Part shown: positions 40,049 through 54,700 of the stretch, one piece after another
How positions within the stretch are numbered: the first letter of the stretch is position 1
Layout of the letters: the number at the start of each line of letters is the position of its first letter
Assembly: GCA_965637545.1 (NCBI GenBank)
Contig: OZ281497.1
Span: 19,902,001-19,966,000, forward strand
Direction: 5' to 3'
From: Phallusia mammillata
Lineage: Eukaryota
Length of the DNA: 64,000 bases
Program-made: the position numbers and the translations under genes
Notes under the pieces: model-generated
What the model was told of the DNA's origin: nothing
The model's input: only the letters and a program-made list of their open reading frames with translations
Database searches by the model: none

Positions 40049-43000
40049 TCAAATAGTCTTTCTGGGAAATCCATTTTGAGATGGGTGACTCTTCTGTGGT
40101 CTTCCTGGTTTGTTTGTCAACTTTTTCAGTTCCTGTAAAGCTGAAAATCGAGGTTTACTCCAAACCAGTGAGCCACCAAGTGCAGATTGTGGAAGGTTGT
40201 GACCTTCAAAACTTCTCCTTAGAGGTGACTGTGATAGTTTAGTGGCCACCTTTGTGGGTCTGGAAGGGAGAAGATGTACAGCTGTTTCACTTTTTAGTGG
40301 AGTAAAACTGTAAAGTATATGCAAGTTGTTTGAAAGCATACCAAACATAAAATATGCAAATATTGGGTACCTTGTTTCAGTCGCTTTCTTAGGTTTTGGT
40401 GGCATCATGCTGGTACCTTCTAAGTATCCAGGTAGTCGTGGCGATGTGATCAGTCTTCTGTGAATCTGCTTCTCATAATGGACATCTCGACCTTGTGCCA
40501 ACCAACTGCTTGCTAACAATGTGCTTCCTACAAAAATGATACCAATATCACATTAGGTTATACCACATTAGTTATTAAGTGTGTTTACATGTTTTATAAT
40601 ATGATGCAGCGCAATTCAGCCACGATCCACCATTAGTGCCCTACACTGTTTTGTATTTCATACTTTGCAGAGTTGTTTCAGCTTGCAAAAGTAACGGGTA
40701 CAAATAGTGTTGATATGGTTTTTCTTTCACCAAGCAGAACAAAATACACTCCATCTCAACACAAAAGTTCGGTTTTATTGTTATGGTACCTTTTGGTGGT
40801 TCAAAGGCTCTTGACAGGGATAAAGATTTTGATGCTGACTTTGGTTCTACAGATGATCTCCCACTCTGTGATGCTGACCTTGCTTCATGGCTGCTTTCAA
40901 TTGGTGATGTTTCTCTGTAGCTTTCAATGTTATGCTGATCAGGAGAAGTTGGTCTTTGAGGTGGTGGTTTATGCATTCCAACAGAAAATTTTACTGTAAC
41001 AATTTGACTTTAGTTTATAAATATTAACTGGCCTATATGTAATTAAAACCAACCTTTTTGTGTGTTTGCATTGGTTTGTGTGCGAGCAGAGAAGCTACTG
41101 AAGTCAAATGTTTTCTGCACAGCTGATTCTCCCAAAGCAGCAGATCCTGTAATGTGTGGCAGTTAACAATAACCAGCTTTTTGGACACGTGATACCACCA
41201 CAAAGTAGTTTTATTGGTGCCAATAGTTAGGATCCTCCAGCCCTAATACTTTAGTGAAGGTATGTGAATGCCTACCTGAGGACGCTGAAGACCGCCATGC
41301 TTCTGTTCTTTGAAGTTGAAATGATGAAGCACTGCCAGGTCTAGAATCACTGTCACATTCATTGTTACCAAACACTACATGTTTCGGTCTTGTAACAACT
41401 GCACTGTATGGTCTTGTCACTCTGCAAACAAGTATGTTGAATTAAGTGGTATTTTCAACCACTAGGTGTATTTTGGTGTACAATGGCTTACAGAGAAGAA
41501 GTTTTGGTTTCAACATTTTCTGGAACTCTTGCACTTTGAACTCTGCGAGCTGTTTTCTTGCTGGATCTTTGTTTTGAGTTCTGGTAGCTTTTATTTTCTG
41601 TTCCAGTCAATTTTGATTCATCATCACCTAAACTTACATCTTCTCCCACAGCAGTGCTACCTTTAAACCACATACATACATACGAACAAAAGCAAAAACC
41701 ATCAATTTTATTCATGCAAAAAGGAACTTTTTATGAAGTGTTCCAACCACCCAGCGTTACAAGGAATACAAACAAACTTACCTATTATAATAGTGGAAAT
41801 GCCAGTAGTTTGAATTTCAGCTTCTTCCTTGTCTGAATCTTCATTGTCTACATTTCTATTTGAGGTGCACATAACATGGTCATCATTTACAGTTGCTCCA
41901 CTCAACTCAGGGTTCTGTGACTCTGGGTCCATGGTATGAACTGTCTCATTTTCATTGGATTCAAAGCTTGGAATTCGTATAGTGGCAAGAGTTGGCTTTT
42001 TCATGTGTTGTTCTTCAACATTATTTTCCACTGAACTTTGCAATACATTTTGTTTATCCTGGCTGTTTGCAATGACCCTATGTGGCTCTGTATGTGGGCT
42101 ACATGGAACACAGAAACTCCTATGAACAAAGAAATAACCATATTTTTACAACAAAGTACAAACTTACGTTTCATTTTGTTGAACATCACTGCTGTAACCC
42201 TCATTCAATAGTGTTTTGTTGTCCATATTTGTTCCTGTTTCTCTTTGTAATTGTACACTGAATTCTGAATCTGTTTTATACTGCCCCACTGATTCGATTC
42301 TACCCACATACAACTTGCTTTCATTATCAGTTGACCACATTTCCATTCTGACATTCTCAAGGTCTTCAGTTTCACTTGGAAGGTTCAGGTTTATTTCCAG
42401 TTGTGCTTTTTCCATCCCTAAGTTGCCTTCTTCAGTTAGAAATGTAGAATTTTGCTGAAGATCATGGGGTTGTTGTCCATTCGTCCAGGCAATATCAGGA
42501 TCAGTGCCAATGTTCAAAGGCATCATTCCAGATTCTAGCACAGAAGCAGACAGGGATAAATCCATTTTCTCACAAAACATGGATGATAATGGCTGTAATG
42601 TAACTGCATTGGTTGGTGGTTGAGTAGTTGGTGCAATAACTTTTTCCTCTGTCATGTTACCCCAAGTATTAGTAGGGGTTCTTTTGTCTGTTTTTCTGCT
42701 TTTCTTTGTCGCATGTGACCTGTATGTATAATTAGTTTCAAAAAATATAAAAAAATTTAACTGCAGTTTGGCATATAAGCAGCAAATACTTACAGCTTGG
42801 AATTCCATTCTTCTGGCTTGACTGCCTTTTCATCAACATCTTGCACCCAAGCAATCATCATTTGATGTTTGGTTTCCTGAAGTGATTTGCCTTTATCCAC
42901 TTCCAAACACGTAACATCTATATTCCCGCAAATAGATAAACACTGCATTAAGTTATTCACTAAACCAGCAACCATTTCTGACCTCCATGCTCTGTTAATA

Positions 43001-46000
43001 ATGTTGGTCCCTGCAGTGTCACTCTGTCTCCAACAGAACCTTGTGGCCTCCAATATCCAGTGAACACATCAAACTCAAGCAAATTCACATCAACATAACA
43101 ATAATGCTGCTCCATGTCTCTTGTTTGAACTACAACTGAACCATTTGGTGCTGGAAATAAAATAAATATTGCATATGGATCAATGTACACCAGACCGTCG
43201 ATGTGATCAAATTCATTTACAGAATTTTGTCCAGCAAAGCAAACTACAATCTGATTTGGCATGCAATGGTGGAAAGTCTGACATCTGACAGACTACACCT
43301 AAATGAGTAATAACCAGTGGTGGGATTCAGCCGGTTCGCACCGGTTCTATAGAACCGTCTCACAAAATCCTATGAGATCAGCAAACCGGTTAGCATTACT
43401 GATTACTGTTAAATAACTTTTTGTAAAAAAATATAAATGTTTCGATAGAACCGACTGACAAAAAATTTGAATCCTGCCAATGGTAATAACCATAAAAGAG
43501 GGTCTATAAAAGCATTTTGTGTTTGAGTTTTAAAGATGTAGATTAAACTGCACTGGGACTATCATTAGAGACAACACTAACACCAAATCGGACCTGGCAC
43601 TGAATCCATTTGTACCAGTGCAACATTTTGTTCTGGCAAAGCAATAACCCTGGCAAGGTTCTGAGCGCCTAGCAAAATTTGACTGCCAAGTTCCAGACGA
43701 GGGTTTATCAGACTTTTTGTCGTTTGGACGCCATGTGGAGTTGTTGCTGGGCGGCTTGAATACAAATAAAGGATTTAAGAGGCATGCAAATACACAGATT
43801 TGCAATAAAATGACATACCTTCTCCCTGTTATTAAATGTTCACCAGATGACAAGACTGCAGATTTGGGGCGTTTAGGATAGGAGTAGGCAGCATTTAAAA
43901 TAAATCTAGCCTCTTTTGTGTTTTCACTAAGTTTTCCAACGTTTAAATGAATGTTATGTGAACTATTTCCATCCTAAAATTTAACAAACATGCATTGAAC
44001 AAAGTTAGAGTACATACATGTTTTGTCTATTTTACACAAAAAGTATCCAATATTGTATATATACCTCACAAATGTATTTTAATATGTTGTAATATTTGAT
44101 AAGAAAACTATATCTGTACCTCCACTTCGGTAACCACTTCCCCCTTTGATGTGTTCTGCGCTGCATACTGAATTCTCTTTTTCACACTTCTGCATATTTC
44201 ATGATACAAAACATTGATGTCCCCCTTTCACATAAAAAATCATGTTGGTACAACATTAAAACCATTTGTCCAAGACTTATTTATATTTCTTGGCTAATAA
44301 AAAAGTCTGAAAAAACTTTGTGATTTAGGTGGTGAAACTTACCCCTTCCATAGACAATTCTTCTGCTAGCTGGCCAAGTCTGGAAGCAAGTCGAGGATCC
44401 CCAGTAGCAATGTAAAGAAGCTTACACATACTCTGATTTTTCAGTGCAATGTAGTTGTAGAAAGATGGCACCACACTCAGGAGAAGGACCAATTCTGACC
44501 CCAGTAACCTCTGATGAACCTTCCAGTCACTATTATGCTTGGATTGGTTTTTACAATATGAAGGAGATCTGTTTTATTCAAGAAAACCATGCTACAGTGA
44601 TTTATTTCTCAAATTCTGATTTATTGTATACCCTGTAGTCATTTCTATAACCTATTTAGCAATTAAACTTTCATTTTTGATTGATGCAACAAGTTTTGAT
44701 TTTGACTTTAACAGAGTGGGTTCTTCTGGACTTCTAACACAAATCACCAAGCTACAGGTAAGATTAAAAAAAATTGTGGCACAAGACACAAATTCTGAAC
44801 AAACTGTAACTAAATTCATAATTGAAGATTTACCTCAACTTAGGTGGAGCTGTGCGAGGTCTTGACTTTGGACGATGATCATTGTAAACATCTAACCGAA
44901 AATATTTGTAAACAACAACAATTAAATATTGAGAACAAACCACAATCACATTCTAACTTATTGCTGTTTTTACCATAGATGTCTTGACTGTGTTTTCTGC
45001 TTTCATTTGCAAGGAATGAAATAAGGTGGGCAACAGCATGGTACAAACATAGATATAATCTGTCATATAGTCCACCACTAGAAAAGTGTCCATCTGTTTT
45101 TCCCTTGATATCCCTGTCAAGTTTGCAGGCACTGACCAATAAGCATATAGCTTCTGTTTTTGCAGTGGTATCCAAATCAATAAGTGTTTTGCAATCAACT
45201 CCAAAACTACGAAGCAAAATATATTTTGGGATAACCTACCTGGGGTATTGTTATTGCAATCTAGATTGGTATACTTTTATTCTTTGAAACCAAAAGTCTG
45301 TGCTATAACATTGGAAAATAAAGGATTCAAATGTATTAGCATATATGTGCTAGTTTGGACTCTTGTGGTGTGATACATGTTTAAGTTTTTTTTAACATTG
45401 CCGTGAGGGTATACAGTTTGTCAAACAGTGACCATTTTATATATGCTACACTGAGCATTAAAAAACATTATTGGTAAAGCACAAACTTGGTACTATGATA
45501 GTGAATCACAAGACTCATCCCATAAGATTAATTTAGTACCGTTTTAATATGATATGATGCAGTGTTTTTAATCAATTTTACAAAATATTAATTCAATATG
45601 ATTTAAATGATGAGGTATCTAATTGCAAGATTGCTGTATGTTGACTTTGGTAGCATGTTTCAAGTTGCCTTGCTTTTATTAGACAAGACAAATTACTTGT
45701 GGCATACAAACTTTGTCCTAAAATATTTTAAACACTCAAGTTCCAGAACAGACGTGTATGTGTTGGGTTCTTTTTTAAGAACAAAACAGAACAGAACTTG
45801 AAAAATGTCAAGTGGCCCCACTCACATTGGATTAAGTTTGGCAACGTCGACTGTCTGCTTGAGAAGATCAACAGGAACTTTGAACTCAAGAGAAGCAATT
45901 AGTAACAACAGCAACATGTTACAGCGTTCTTTTTCTTTGTATCTACACACAAAACATAAGTTTACCATTGTGGACTTCAACCATCGCAAATAATGTTATT

Positions 46001-47348
46001 ATCAGCAACCTGTATTTCACTAAATTGTAAAGCCAATCTTCAGTGGGGTGATTGCGAATTTCTTTTGTGTTGGTTGATCTTAGTTTCAAATCTTGTTGAA
46101 CACTTTTTGCTAAAAACTCTAATCTTCTTTTGTCACACTCTGAAATGAATCCCCCAAAAAAATCAGAAAGTTTTCAAATGCGCAGGATAGCTATATAATG
46201 CTCTATTCTTTACCACTGTTTTGTGCTTCATTGCTAGGGAAGCTCTGGGCAAACTGACAGGTCCGTTCACCATAAACAGTCCTTGATTTGTCTGAGTTTG
46301 ATGACCTGAATGGGTTGATGGTTAGCTTGTGTCTCTGAAAATAAAAGGAAAATTTCAATAGGCTGAATCTTTTGAGAAGAGACAATACAGTGTTGAAATT
46401 TACTAAGTACAAGTTATGTTTTTGGAAAATCCTACCACTGGTCGATTAGAAAGAGCAGAGTCATGGAAAAATTGGGTAACTTGTAATCTCTCAGCAGATG
46501 TTACTAATCTTCCATCCAACATCCAAATATTTGGAAGACAATCAATAACATGTAGTCTGTAGTAAGTGTCCTAAATATAAACAAGCACATTGCTTAGAAC
46601 CATCCCAATAAATGTCTAATATTTTACCCAGTAAAAATGCTTCGATGCAAAAATACCCTCTCAAACTACTCTCAAACATTTTTTGACCACATACATTTTC
46701 CAGTGTAGAATTTCCATGCAGCCTCAAATCCAATATGTACACATTCCTCAAATATGTCAGTTCCTTCCAGGGTATTCTGTTGTTGGATAGATCAAGAGAT
46801 CCCAGTGCATATATTTTTGAAAACCCATTAAGGCAGCTGATCTAAAATACGAAAACAATTTGTCAATTTTCATCAGGGAAATACTGGGTTTTACAAACCT
46901 TATTGTTGGAAATGTTAATCCTCCATAGCTGTTTGCAGCATTCAAAATTTTCAAACTCTTCTAAACAGTTGTTGCTTATATCCAAACTTTCCAACCTTGG
47001 ACAATTCTCCAATCCTTCAACTGCGCCTAAATTAAACAAAACAAAGTCTGTTTATTTCTTGTGACTAATTGCCACTAAGATAATAAAGATTGACGGAATA
47101 TGAAGATAAGTCTGTAAAAGAATTATACAAACTAATATTGTTATCTAACCCATTCCAAGTTGTGACATATCCAGATGTTGAGCTTTGGACAAACTCCCCT
47201 TCGTTCTTCGACATAATACCTGTGTATTATAAAATTGAGAATAGTTATTTTGAGGATAAATAGATCCTGTTTTTATGTTAACAAATGTGTGATCATATGC
47301 TGTAGTGCTAGTTCCAAGTATTTCACTTACTTTTGTAGTAATCTTCAT
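40049..47348 (-). CDS. Uncharacterised large protein with N-terminal SDS22-like leucine-rich repeats and LRRcap
   Basis: MKITTK|VLCRRTKGSLSKAQHLDMSQLGMG|AVEGLENCPRLESLDISNNCL..LGSLDLSNNRI..RLHVIDCLPNIWMLDGRLVTSAERL (LRRcap). It continues through phase-compatible exons (AKLNP|IFGVDCKT..LLVSACKLDRD; CFAGQNSVNEFDHIDGLVYIDP) into a Ser/Pro-rich tail ending GFPRKTI*. Not every exon junction was verified. Confidence 0.75.
43315..43482. mobile_element. hAT-type MITE in LRR gene intron
   Basis: Ends CAGTGGTGGGATTC / GAATCCTGCCAATG; perfect TSD GTAATAAC. Confidence 0.8.
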
Positions 47349-47918
47349 TATTCACGTTGAAGACAGCCGTCTAAGTCTCGGCCCACAATATGGAAATGCA
47401 GTACATTGCAGTTGCAATGCAACTTTATAGCGTCCTTTCGTTAATGGCAACACTGTACTGGGCGCCGCAAGTGTCGAGTATAAAATCTGCGATAGAAATA
47501 TTTTCAATTTTTTTTTATATATTTTTTGACCGGCAGAAGTAACATGAGTTTTAAATAGTTGTATGCTTATTATAGAAGACAAGGATTAGTATTGATGCCT
47601 AATCTATCATATGAATAAAGCAACTAATTGTTTAATGGTACCTTTTTCGGTTAACTTTTTGTTTCAGAGAAAGGTCTAAAAAAAGGACATAAAACGACCA
47701 CTTATAAGAAAAAAGGTAATATTTTGTTGCAAATAAATTTAAATTTTCCAGAATTACGTTACATTTTCCATTATTAGAAAAAAACAATTTCCCATCTACT
47801 GATGTCTTTGCCGACCCTGTAAATTATAAAATCCCCTGACCTGAAATCAACGTTAACAAGACGAGAGTTGCTTTTTTTGACAATTACATTTACGTGTGTT
47901 ACGTTTTGACAATTTTTA
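47349..47918. promoter_or_regulatory. Head-to-head (bidirectional) promoter region between the LRR gene and CIAO1
   Basis: Divergent start codons are 570 bp apart; inferred from gene orientation only. Confidence 0.55.
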
Positions 47919-50049
47919 ATGACTCCTGTATTGGAATGTGTGGCTACTTTGGCTGGTCACGCTGACAGGGTATGGGACGTCAAATGGAATGCAAACGGGA
48001 CTCTTCTGGCTTCTTGCGGAACGGATAAAACCATCAGAATATGGGCTAAAGAAGGTGTGTTTTTGGGCCATGTTTTCCCGAAACAAGGACCTATCAAGCA
48101 TATATTTTTGTTCAATCAAATCATTAACTAATGAAACGGCTGCTGAAATAGTAATTTTCTTAAATGTACCAAGGACTGACAAAAACATTTTGACGTTTTT
48201 GATTTATTTTTTGGTGGTAAAGGTGACAACTGGATATGTAAATCAATACTACAAGATGGGCATCAAAGAACAGTACGTAGAATTGGATGGTCACCATGTG
48301 GGAACATGTTAGCATCAGCAAGCTTTGATGCAACTATTTGTGTGTGGGACAAAAAATCGGGACAATTTGAATCATCAGCGACATTAGAAGGGCATGAAAA
48401 TGAGGTCAAAAGTGTTGTTTGGTCTCGATCTGGTGCATATCTTGCGACTTGCTCCAGAGATAAGTCAGTGTGGGTCTGGACAGGTATGCTAATATTAATA
48501 ACAGCAGTTGTACTTCCTCTGAGTTATCCTGACCTGAAGATATGACAACCTTTTTGTAATGGGAAACACATTAAACTAACACTAATTAATTGTTTTTTTA
48601 CCTCCCTCGACTAGCTATTATCATTTCACAATAGCTTCTTTTAATACCATAAAGGTTTGTATATTTTAGTAGCCTCATAACATTTGTGCATCAGTAAACA
48701 AGAACACTTGATCTTTGCATGACACATGTTCATAAAACACTATAAAGAAGCTTGAAAAAATAATACAGTTTTCTACAAATTGCTTTCCTATTTTTTTCAG
48801 TGGATGAGGATGATGATTTTGAATGTGCGGGTGTTTTAACAGCCCACACTCAGGATGTGAAAGATGTTGCCTGGCATCCCACAGAAGATGTATTTATTTG
48901 CATTCTTCATTCATTTGATTAACCAATAATAAGTTATTTTTTGCTCAGATATTAGCTTCAGCAAGTTATGACAATGACCTAAAGATATTTAAAGAGGATG
49001 ATGATGAATGGATATGTTTTGCAACTCTAAGTGGGCATACATCCACTGTATGGACTTGTGCATGGTCAAAAGATGGTTCCAAACTTGTTTCGGGTTCAGA
49101 TGACAAAACAATGCGCATCTGGCAAAGATATGACCCAGGAAACATGGAAGGTTGGATCAAGCAGAGTTTGTTGTCTGTTTTTTTTTTGTTAATGAGAGAA
49201 TGTTTTTACAGGTATACCTACTTATGGTGAAGACCCAACATGGAAAAGTGTCTGTACTATTTCTGGTTTTCACAACAGGCCCATCTACTCTGTTAGTTGG
49301 TAAGAAAATAAATTCTTTACATCCAGAAAATAATTTTCACCTGTTGGAGACAAAATATATCCACTGAATACATAAATTTAGCATTTTTGCAATACAAATG
49401 AATGTGGCATAGCTGATCATTCCATTTGTGAATAATTTTTCTAAACTGAAGTTATTACCTAACTGGAATCAGTTTGTGTTTTTCGTTGTGCGTTGTAACA
49501 TTATCAATTTCATTGCTATAATGGCATCCTCAATTCTTGTGTAACGAAAAACATTTACTCAAGTAATCTAAAACCTACAGTTGATCCGCAACTGAAATCG
49601 TTTATATTGAGGGCATGTGGTTTGGGGCAACTTCTGTACAAGCACAGTTTTTATACCGTGATTTAAGTAAAATAAATGTGTAAAACTGCATAAAATTGCC
49701 CCAGCTCCTCTCGGTTTTAGTGATTTTGGGGTCATTATTGGCAGAAAATATTTTTCAAGATGAAGCTTCAGATACATTTGACGGACTTATTTGTCTGCCT
49801 GCTGCTTTAAACAGGTGTCATGAGTCTGATATGATAGCAGCAGCCTGTGGTGACAATTCGATCAGCATTTTCCGTGAGGACTTGTCGTCAGGTGACACAA
49901 CACAGCCTGTATACGAAATGGTTTGCAAGCAACATCATGCCCATGATCAGGACGTAAATGCGGTGCATTGGAATCCGCAACAGACAGGGCTGCTTGCCTC
50001 GTGTAGTGACGATACCACGATTAAACTATGGAAGATATCTGGCGAATAA
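47919..50049 (+). CDS. CIAO1: Cytosolic iron-sulfur assembly WD40 protein CIAO1
   Basis: [108 protein letters not shown]. Confidence 0.97.
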
Positions 50050-50848
50050 AGACGATGGATTTGATGCAATATTGTTCATCTTTAAAACGCTAGGATTTGC
50101 CACTCGCAAAGAGGTTCGATTTATTTCCAAAAAAATGTATGTACACACGGTTTTATGAAAAAAATAGTATCAAGGCGAGATATGTTGAAAAGTGTTCGAA
50201 AATACTTTTGATATCGCTACTCAGGTAAACGTTACAACACATGTTAAAAGATCCGTTTGCTTATGGAAGGTTTTAAATTGCGGTTCAGTAATAATATTGA
50301 TGCAGTGCTTTTGTCTGTAATTTTTTCTTTAAAAACATGGTCTTAATGATAAATACATTTCCCTTTTGTATGTATCTTTATTGTGTTATTTAACTTGTAA
50401 TAATGTGCATTGTGGATTCCGATGAATAATCGCTCTGTTGAATTTGACTACGTTTGGACGCCAGTGCATCAATCAATGTCCTAACGTTAAGTCCTGCTAC
50501 TGTTTGAGTCAAATTAAAAACAAACTTCCAACATTTTGATGATGTATAAACAACTCATTTTCGTGAAACGACTTCGCTTAAACTGATTATTTGATCAATG
50601 TGCACTAAGGAAATGGTTCTTAAACTTCTGCACAACGGTACAAACTTTTTAAAAGTGTCGCCCGTTTTTTTCCAGTTTTGGAGGGCGCAAAAAATGAAAA
50701 AAAACTCGGTTTTGCGTGAGTTGACGCCCTAACATCTAGTTTCGAACTGGTTATATAACCTGCTTCCGCCTCCTACCGAACCTCTAAACCGGAATCAAGA
50801 ATATTACGGAATGATTTCGGCAGGTCTGGTATAATCGGTCTTATATAC

Positions 50849-51084
50849 CAGGGGTCGGCAACCTTTTTTGCACTGCGGACCATTTTTGAAACTTAAATTT
50901 TATCGCGGACCGGTCTTCAAACAAAACTACAAATATTTAGCCATAAAAACGCTTTAAATTAGTTTATCATCCCCGGAACACGGGCAAAATGTTTTATAGC
51001 ATTGAACCTGAAAAATTATACGGCCCGGTAACGAACTCCTCGCGGACCGGTACCGGGCCGCCGACCGGCGGTTGCCGACCATTG
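50849..51084. mobile_element. hAT-type MITE (same subfamily as 10520-10754)
   Basis: TIRs CAGGGGTCGGCAACC / GGTTGCCGACCATTG; perfect TSD TTATATAC. Confidence 0.9.
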
Positions 51085-51099
51085 TTATATACCAAACAT

Positions 51100-51360
51100 G
51101 CTTACTCCATTCGTAAATGGCTCGAACCTTACAACAGCGGCTCACCACCAAAGCCGATTACTCCAGCACACTGGTTTAGCTTTGGGGCACGGACTTACAT
51201 GAAAACAACGTTACACCACGCACGTGGCAACCCACCACCAACAGTACGTATCTACTTCACACCGCCCAGAGAAAAAGCCATCTCGTTGACTAGCAACGCC
51301 CAATTTGAAGCATGTGGAACAGAAGGCACATTCTGGCGCAATCGACGTGTAACAAACCAA
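51100..51360 (+). pseudogene. Possible decayed Gypsy integrase C-terminal relic
   Basis: The translation TVRIYFTPPREKAI...GTEGTFWRNRR has the spacing of the VRI-x5-W-x2-A...T-x-G-x2-YRRNRR tail of Gypsy integrases. Weak, no DDE core, no LTR found. Confidence 0.3.
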
Positions 51361-51769
51361 TCACCCCTAAGGGGAAGCAGCAAGGGTGCCATAACACAAA
51401 CGAAACAAAGGTGCCACAACAAAAAAGTGACGGTAACAAACAAGAAAACCAAGCTACACAAAGATCAAAATTTCGCTACAGGAGAATAAAGTTTTGACCC
51501 GATATTTGAAAAAAAAACTATCATGATTTGGGGAAAAAAGGTAAACTTTGGGTTGATTTTTATCAGAATAATATAGTTTCAAACCTTGCAAGATTATTCA
51601 GGCAACACACTAGCCGAAATATTCTAGTTCAAACTGGTTTAAACCGATTTTTGCATCCTACCGACCCTCCAAGTCGGTTTAAACCAAGCAAAAACTGAAC
51701 AAAAAATCCGGTTAAAGTGGGGGTTTACGTATTGTACGGGAAAAAAACGTTGATGTTAGTTTGATTAAT

Positions 51770-54700
51770 TCAGTGGAATTGTTTATCATAGGCAATTTCA
51801 CCTCCACATATGACAGCCGCGATAGTGAAATCGTGACCAGCAAACTGGTAAACCAGGTGTTCCCACCTAAACACATAAAACAAGTAAACTAAGAGTGCGT
51901 AATTTCTGCTAAATGCAGTGAATAATTTCTACAGAATATATTCCTTGATTTTTAAATACAGCTGGGAACCTTTTTTAAGACTAAGTAACCTTTGTCACCC
52001 AGTTTTTATCATTACATTTCATCATTGTTTTTTAATCTGTTGGCCACAGCCCGCTGCAAAAAGCTCTGCCTTTAACCAGGGTTGCCAATTGCTTATCTTA
52101 ATCTTAATGGACAACATCGTTAGTTTTGGCTTTCATTCTTTTTACCTTGTTGCGGATGTCATGATTTATAACTTAAAAAAGACGTTCAGACGAAGCACTC
52201 GTAAACATTGTTAACCAGTGCTAGTCAGGTGAGAAAGTTAATTTCATGGTTAAGAGTCTAAAGACTATCATGTTTTCTCGAAATGAACATATAAAAATAA
52301 ACTTTTTGACAGTAATATCGGTGCAGTACATCAATACAGATATTTTACCCCAAAAAAATAAAACAAATGTTCGGAAGGTAAGGAAATTATAATATATTTG
52401 TAGTCGTTTATATCATCAACTCCCAATCGGCCCACTAATGCTTGAAGATTTAAAAAAACGCAAACAAGCTGATACATCTATAAGAGTCCAAAATATTAAA
52501 ATTGTACGATCTTTCGAAGTTTTGAAGAAACGTATCGTCTCACCTGCTTGCTTTGACCAGCAACAGATTCGCTCTTTTCCCGACTTCAACGCTTCCGTGA
52601 GTTTGGGATTTCCCCAGTGCCGCCGCGGCGTTAATTGTTGTAGCGATTAGGGCTTCTTCCATGGACATTTTAAAATTCACACAAGCAAGATGCATCACCG
52701 TGGGCTGAAATCGAAATATTTTACCTTTGTGATAAGTGTCATTGCATACCAGAAGGCGTTTTAAAGTCAGTTTGTACTTGCCATGCTCAGACAAAACGCG
52801 TTTGGATTAAAATCTGAACCCAAAGCGACAGGAACGCCGGAATCGATCATTTTTCTGACTGGCGGAGCTCGTAGTCTAACAACAATAGTGTTTAAATAAA
52901 GTTACATGTCACGTATTTATTGGTTATGGACTTCAGCTTTCTAAGTCGGGTTGGAGTTCAAGCACGGGTTCGGCTTCGGTTCGGCTTTTTGTTTGAATAA
53001 AACATGCTTGATTCGGGCTTGATTTTACGCTAGGCCAGATTTGCATAGTAATTAAACTTTACAAAATCCTACTTTTTCGCATAATCTTGGCAAAATTTTG
53101 GGTTTGGGACGAATCCACAATTTAGGCCTAAAACTCTGATTGACTTTTTCCGAATATAGCATACTAACCGGAGAATGTAAGCAGTGGTCGGTAAAATTAC
53201 AGCAACTGACTGGGACTTTGCCATCGCTTTAATTCCGTCATCAGAAATTTCTTCCAAATGACTGATGGCTTGTGCTTTCAACTCAGATCCAAGCTGGAAA
53301 GGATAGAGTTTGTATAAGGTTACATGGTTCTCTAAACAAGCAACCTGATAAAAAATGTTAAGTTATTGGGTATGTAGCGTAATCATTTAAGGTGACAGTT
53401 GACAACGGAAATTGTGAAATAGGATTTCACAAATTACAAATTTGCTTTACATTTCAGAACTGTGCCATTAAATCTCTTATACCTCAGCTGCTCTCATCGG
53501 ATGTAACTCGTCGCCGTGGAAATTGATCATTAAGCCCATATCTACTCCACTTTGTAAGATGCGCCGAGTTTGCTCAACGTCGAAGACGGACTTTTCACAA
53601 AACACATCAATATTGTCCACAGTCAATCTCCTAGCCTCCATTTCTTCGCGAACGGCTGGTAACTGTCTTTTTATGACGTCATCAGTTGCCTCTTCAGAAG
53701 TTTTACCCCTATGCAATAAACACTTTTAAGACTAATTGAGTCTTTTGCGACCACACCCGACAAGAAAATTAAACATCATTGCACATTCTCAGCATATCTA
53801 TCGCACAGTCGCCATTTTTTAAAACATAAAACAAAAGACCCCAGAAACTGTCGTTATAATAGGGATTGTTACCTTGGTACTGCATGGGCACCACAAAATG
53901 TGGTAGAAATGTCGATTTTGATGGAGTTGTCCCTTCGAGCTTCTTCAATGACGCGCAACATTTTCAGTTCGCTTTCGACGTCCAATCCATACCCGCTTTT
54001 GCATTCCACTAGGGTTGTTCCACACTTAATCATTCTATATACAAACTTACGTAGTCAGGTAACAAAGAGTTTATCCAGAAAATATTTTTGGAGGGTTTCG
54101 TTTGAAGTTTAGAAAAAGCGTTGTTTAATTTACCTGTTACTTTCGACTAAGTGCCTATAAAAGTATTTGCAATACCAAAATATGTATAAAAGTAATTTAA
54201 GATGGACCTTACCGTTTTAACCGTTCTTTGAATGTGCGAGATAATTCATCTTGACTTGCTTTTCTCGTGTGTTCAACTGTAAAGTGAATTCCTCCGCCGG
54301 CCTATAAAACATTCACCAACCATCACACCACTTGCGTTTATTGAAGGCCAACCGATCGAATTGCAAGACGTATGACTTTAATGTGTCTAATTTACATTAC
54401 AGCACCTCGCAGTCGATTTACTTCCGTTGACATTATAAACTGCCGACCGCTTCAGGGGCAGCGCTTCAAAACTTGAACTGACTTTGACCTAAATCTAATG
54501 TCGTAATTGACTAATAACTCGGATTAGAGAGTTGATAGCCAATCCATGCAAAAGCAGGCGTCGAAACAAAATACCTTAAAACGGCTAGACAAAAAGTATG
54601 AACACTTTTTATCATTGATTTACCTTGTGTACATCCATATACGTTGCGCCGGCGAGTTTCATCGCAAACTCGTGAACTCGATCGCCGGCCCATACAGGGT

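Noticed and set aside
45810-45830. In-frame TGA in the LRR gene (AAT CCA ATG TGA GTG) as selenocysteine/readthrough
   Set aside because: It is a GTGAGT splice donor whose phase 2 matches the next acceptor near 45205.
52858-53036. MITE in an AMDHD1 intron
   Set aside because: It has TCGGGTTCGG-like motifs resembling the 13677/19990 family, but only a weak terminal inverted match and no TSD could be found.
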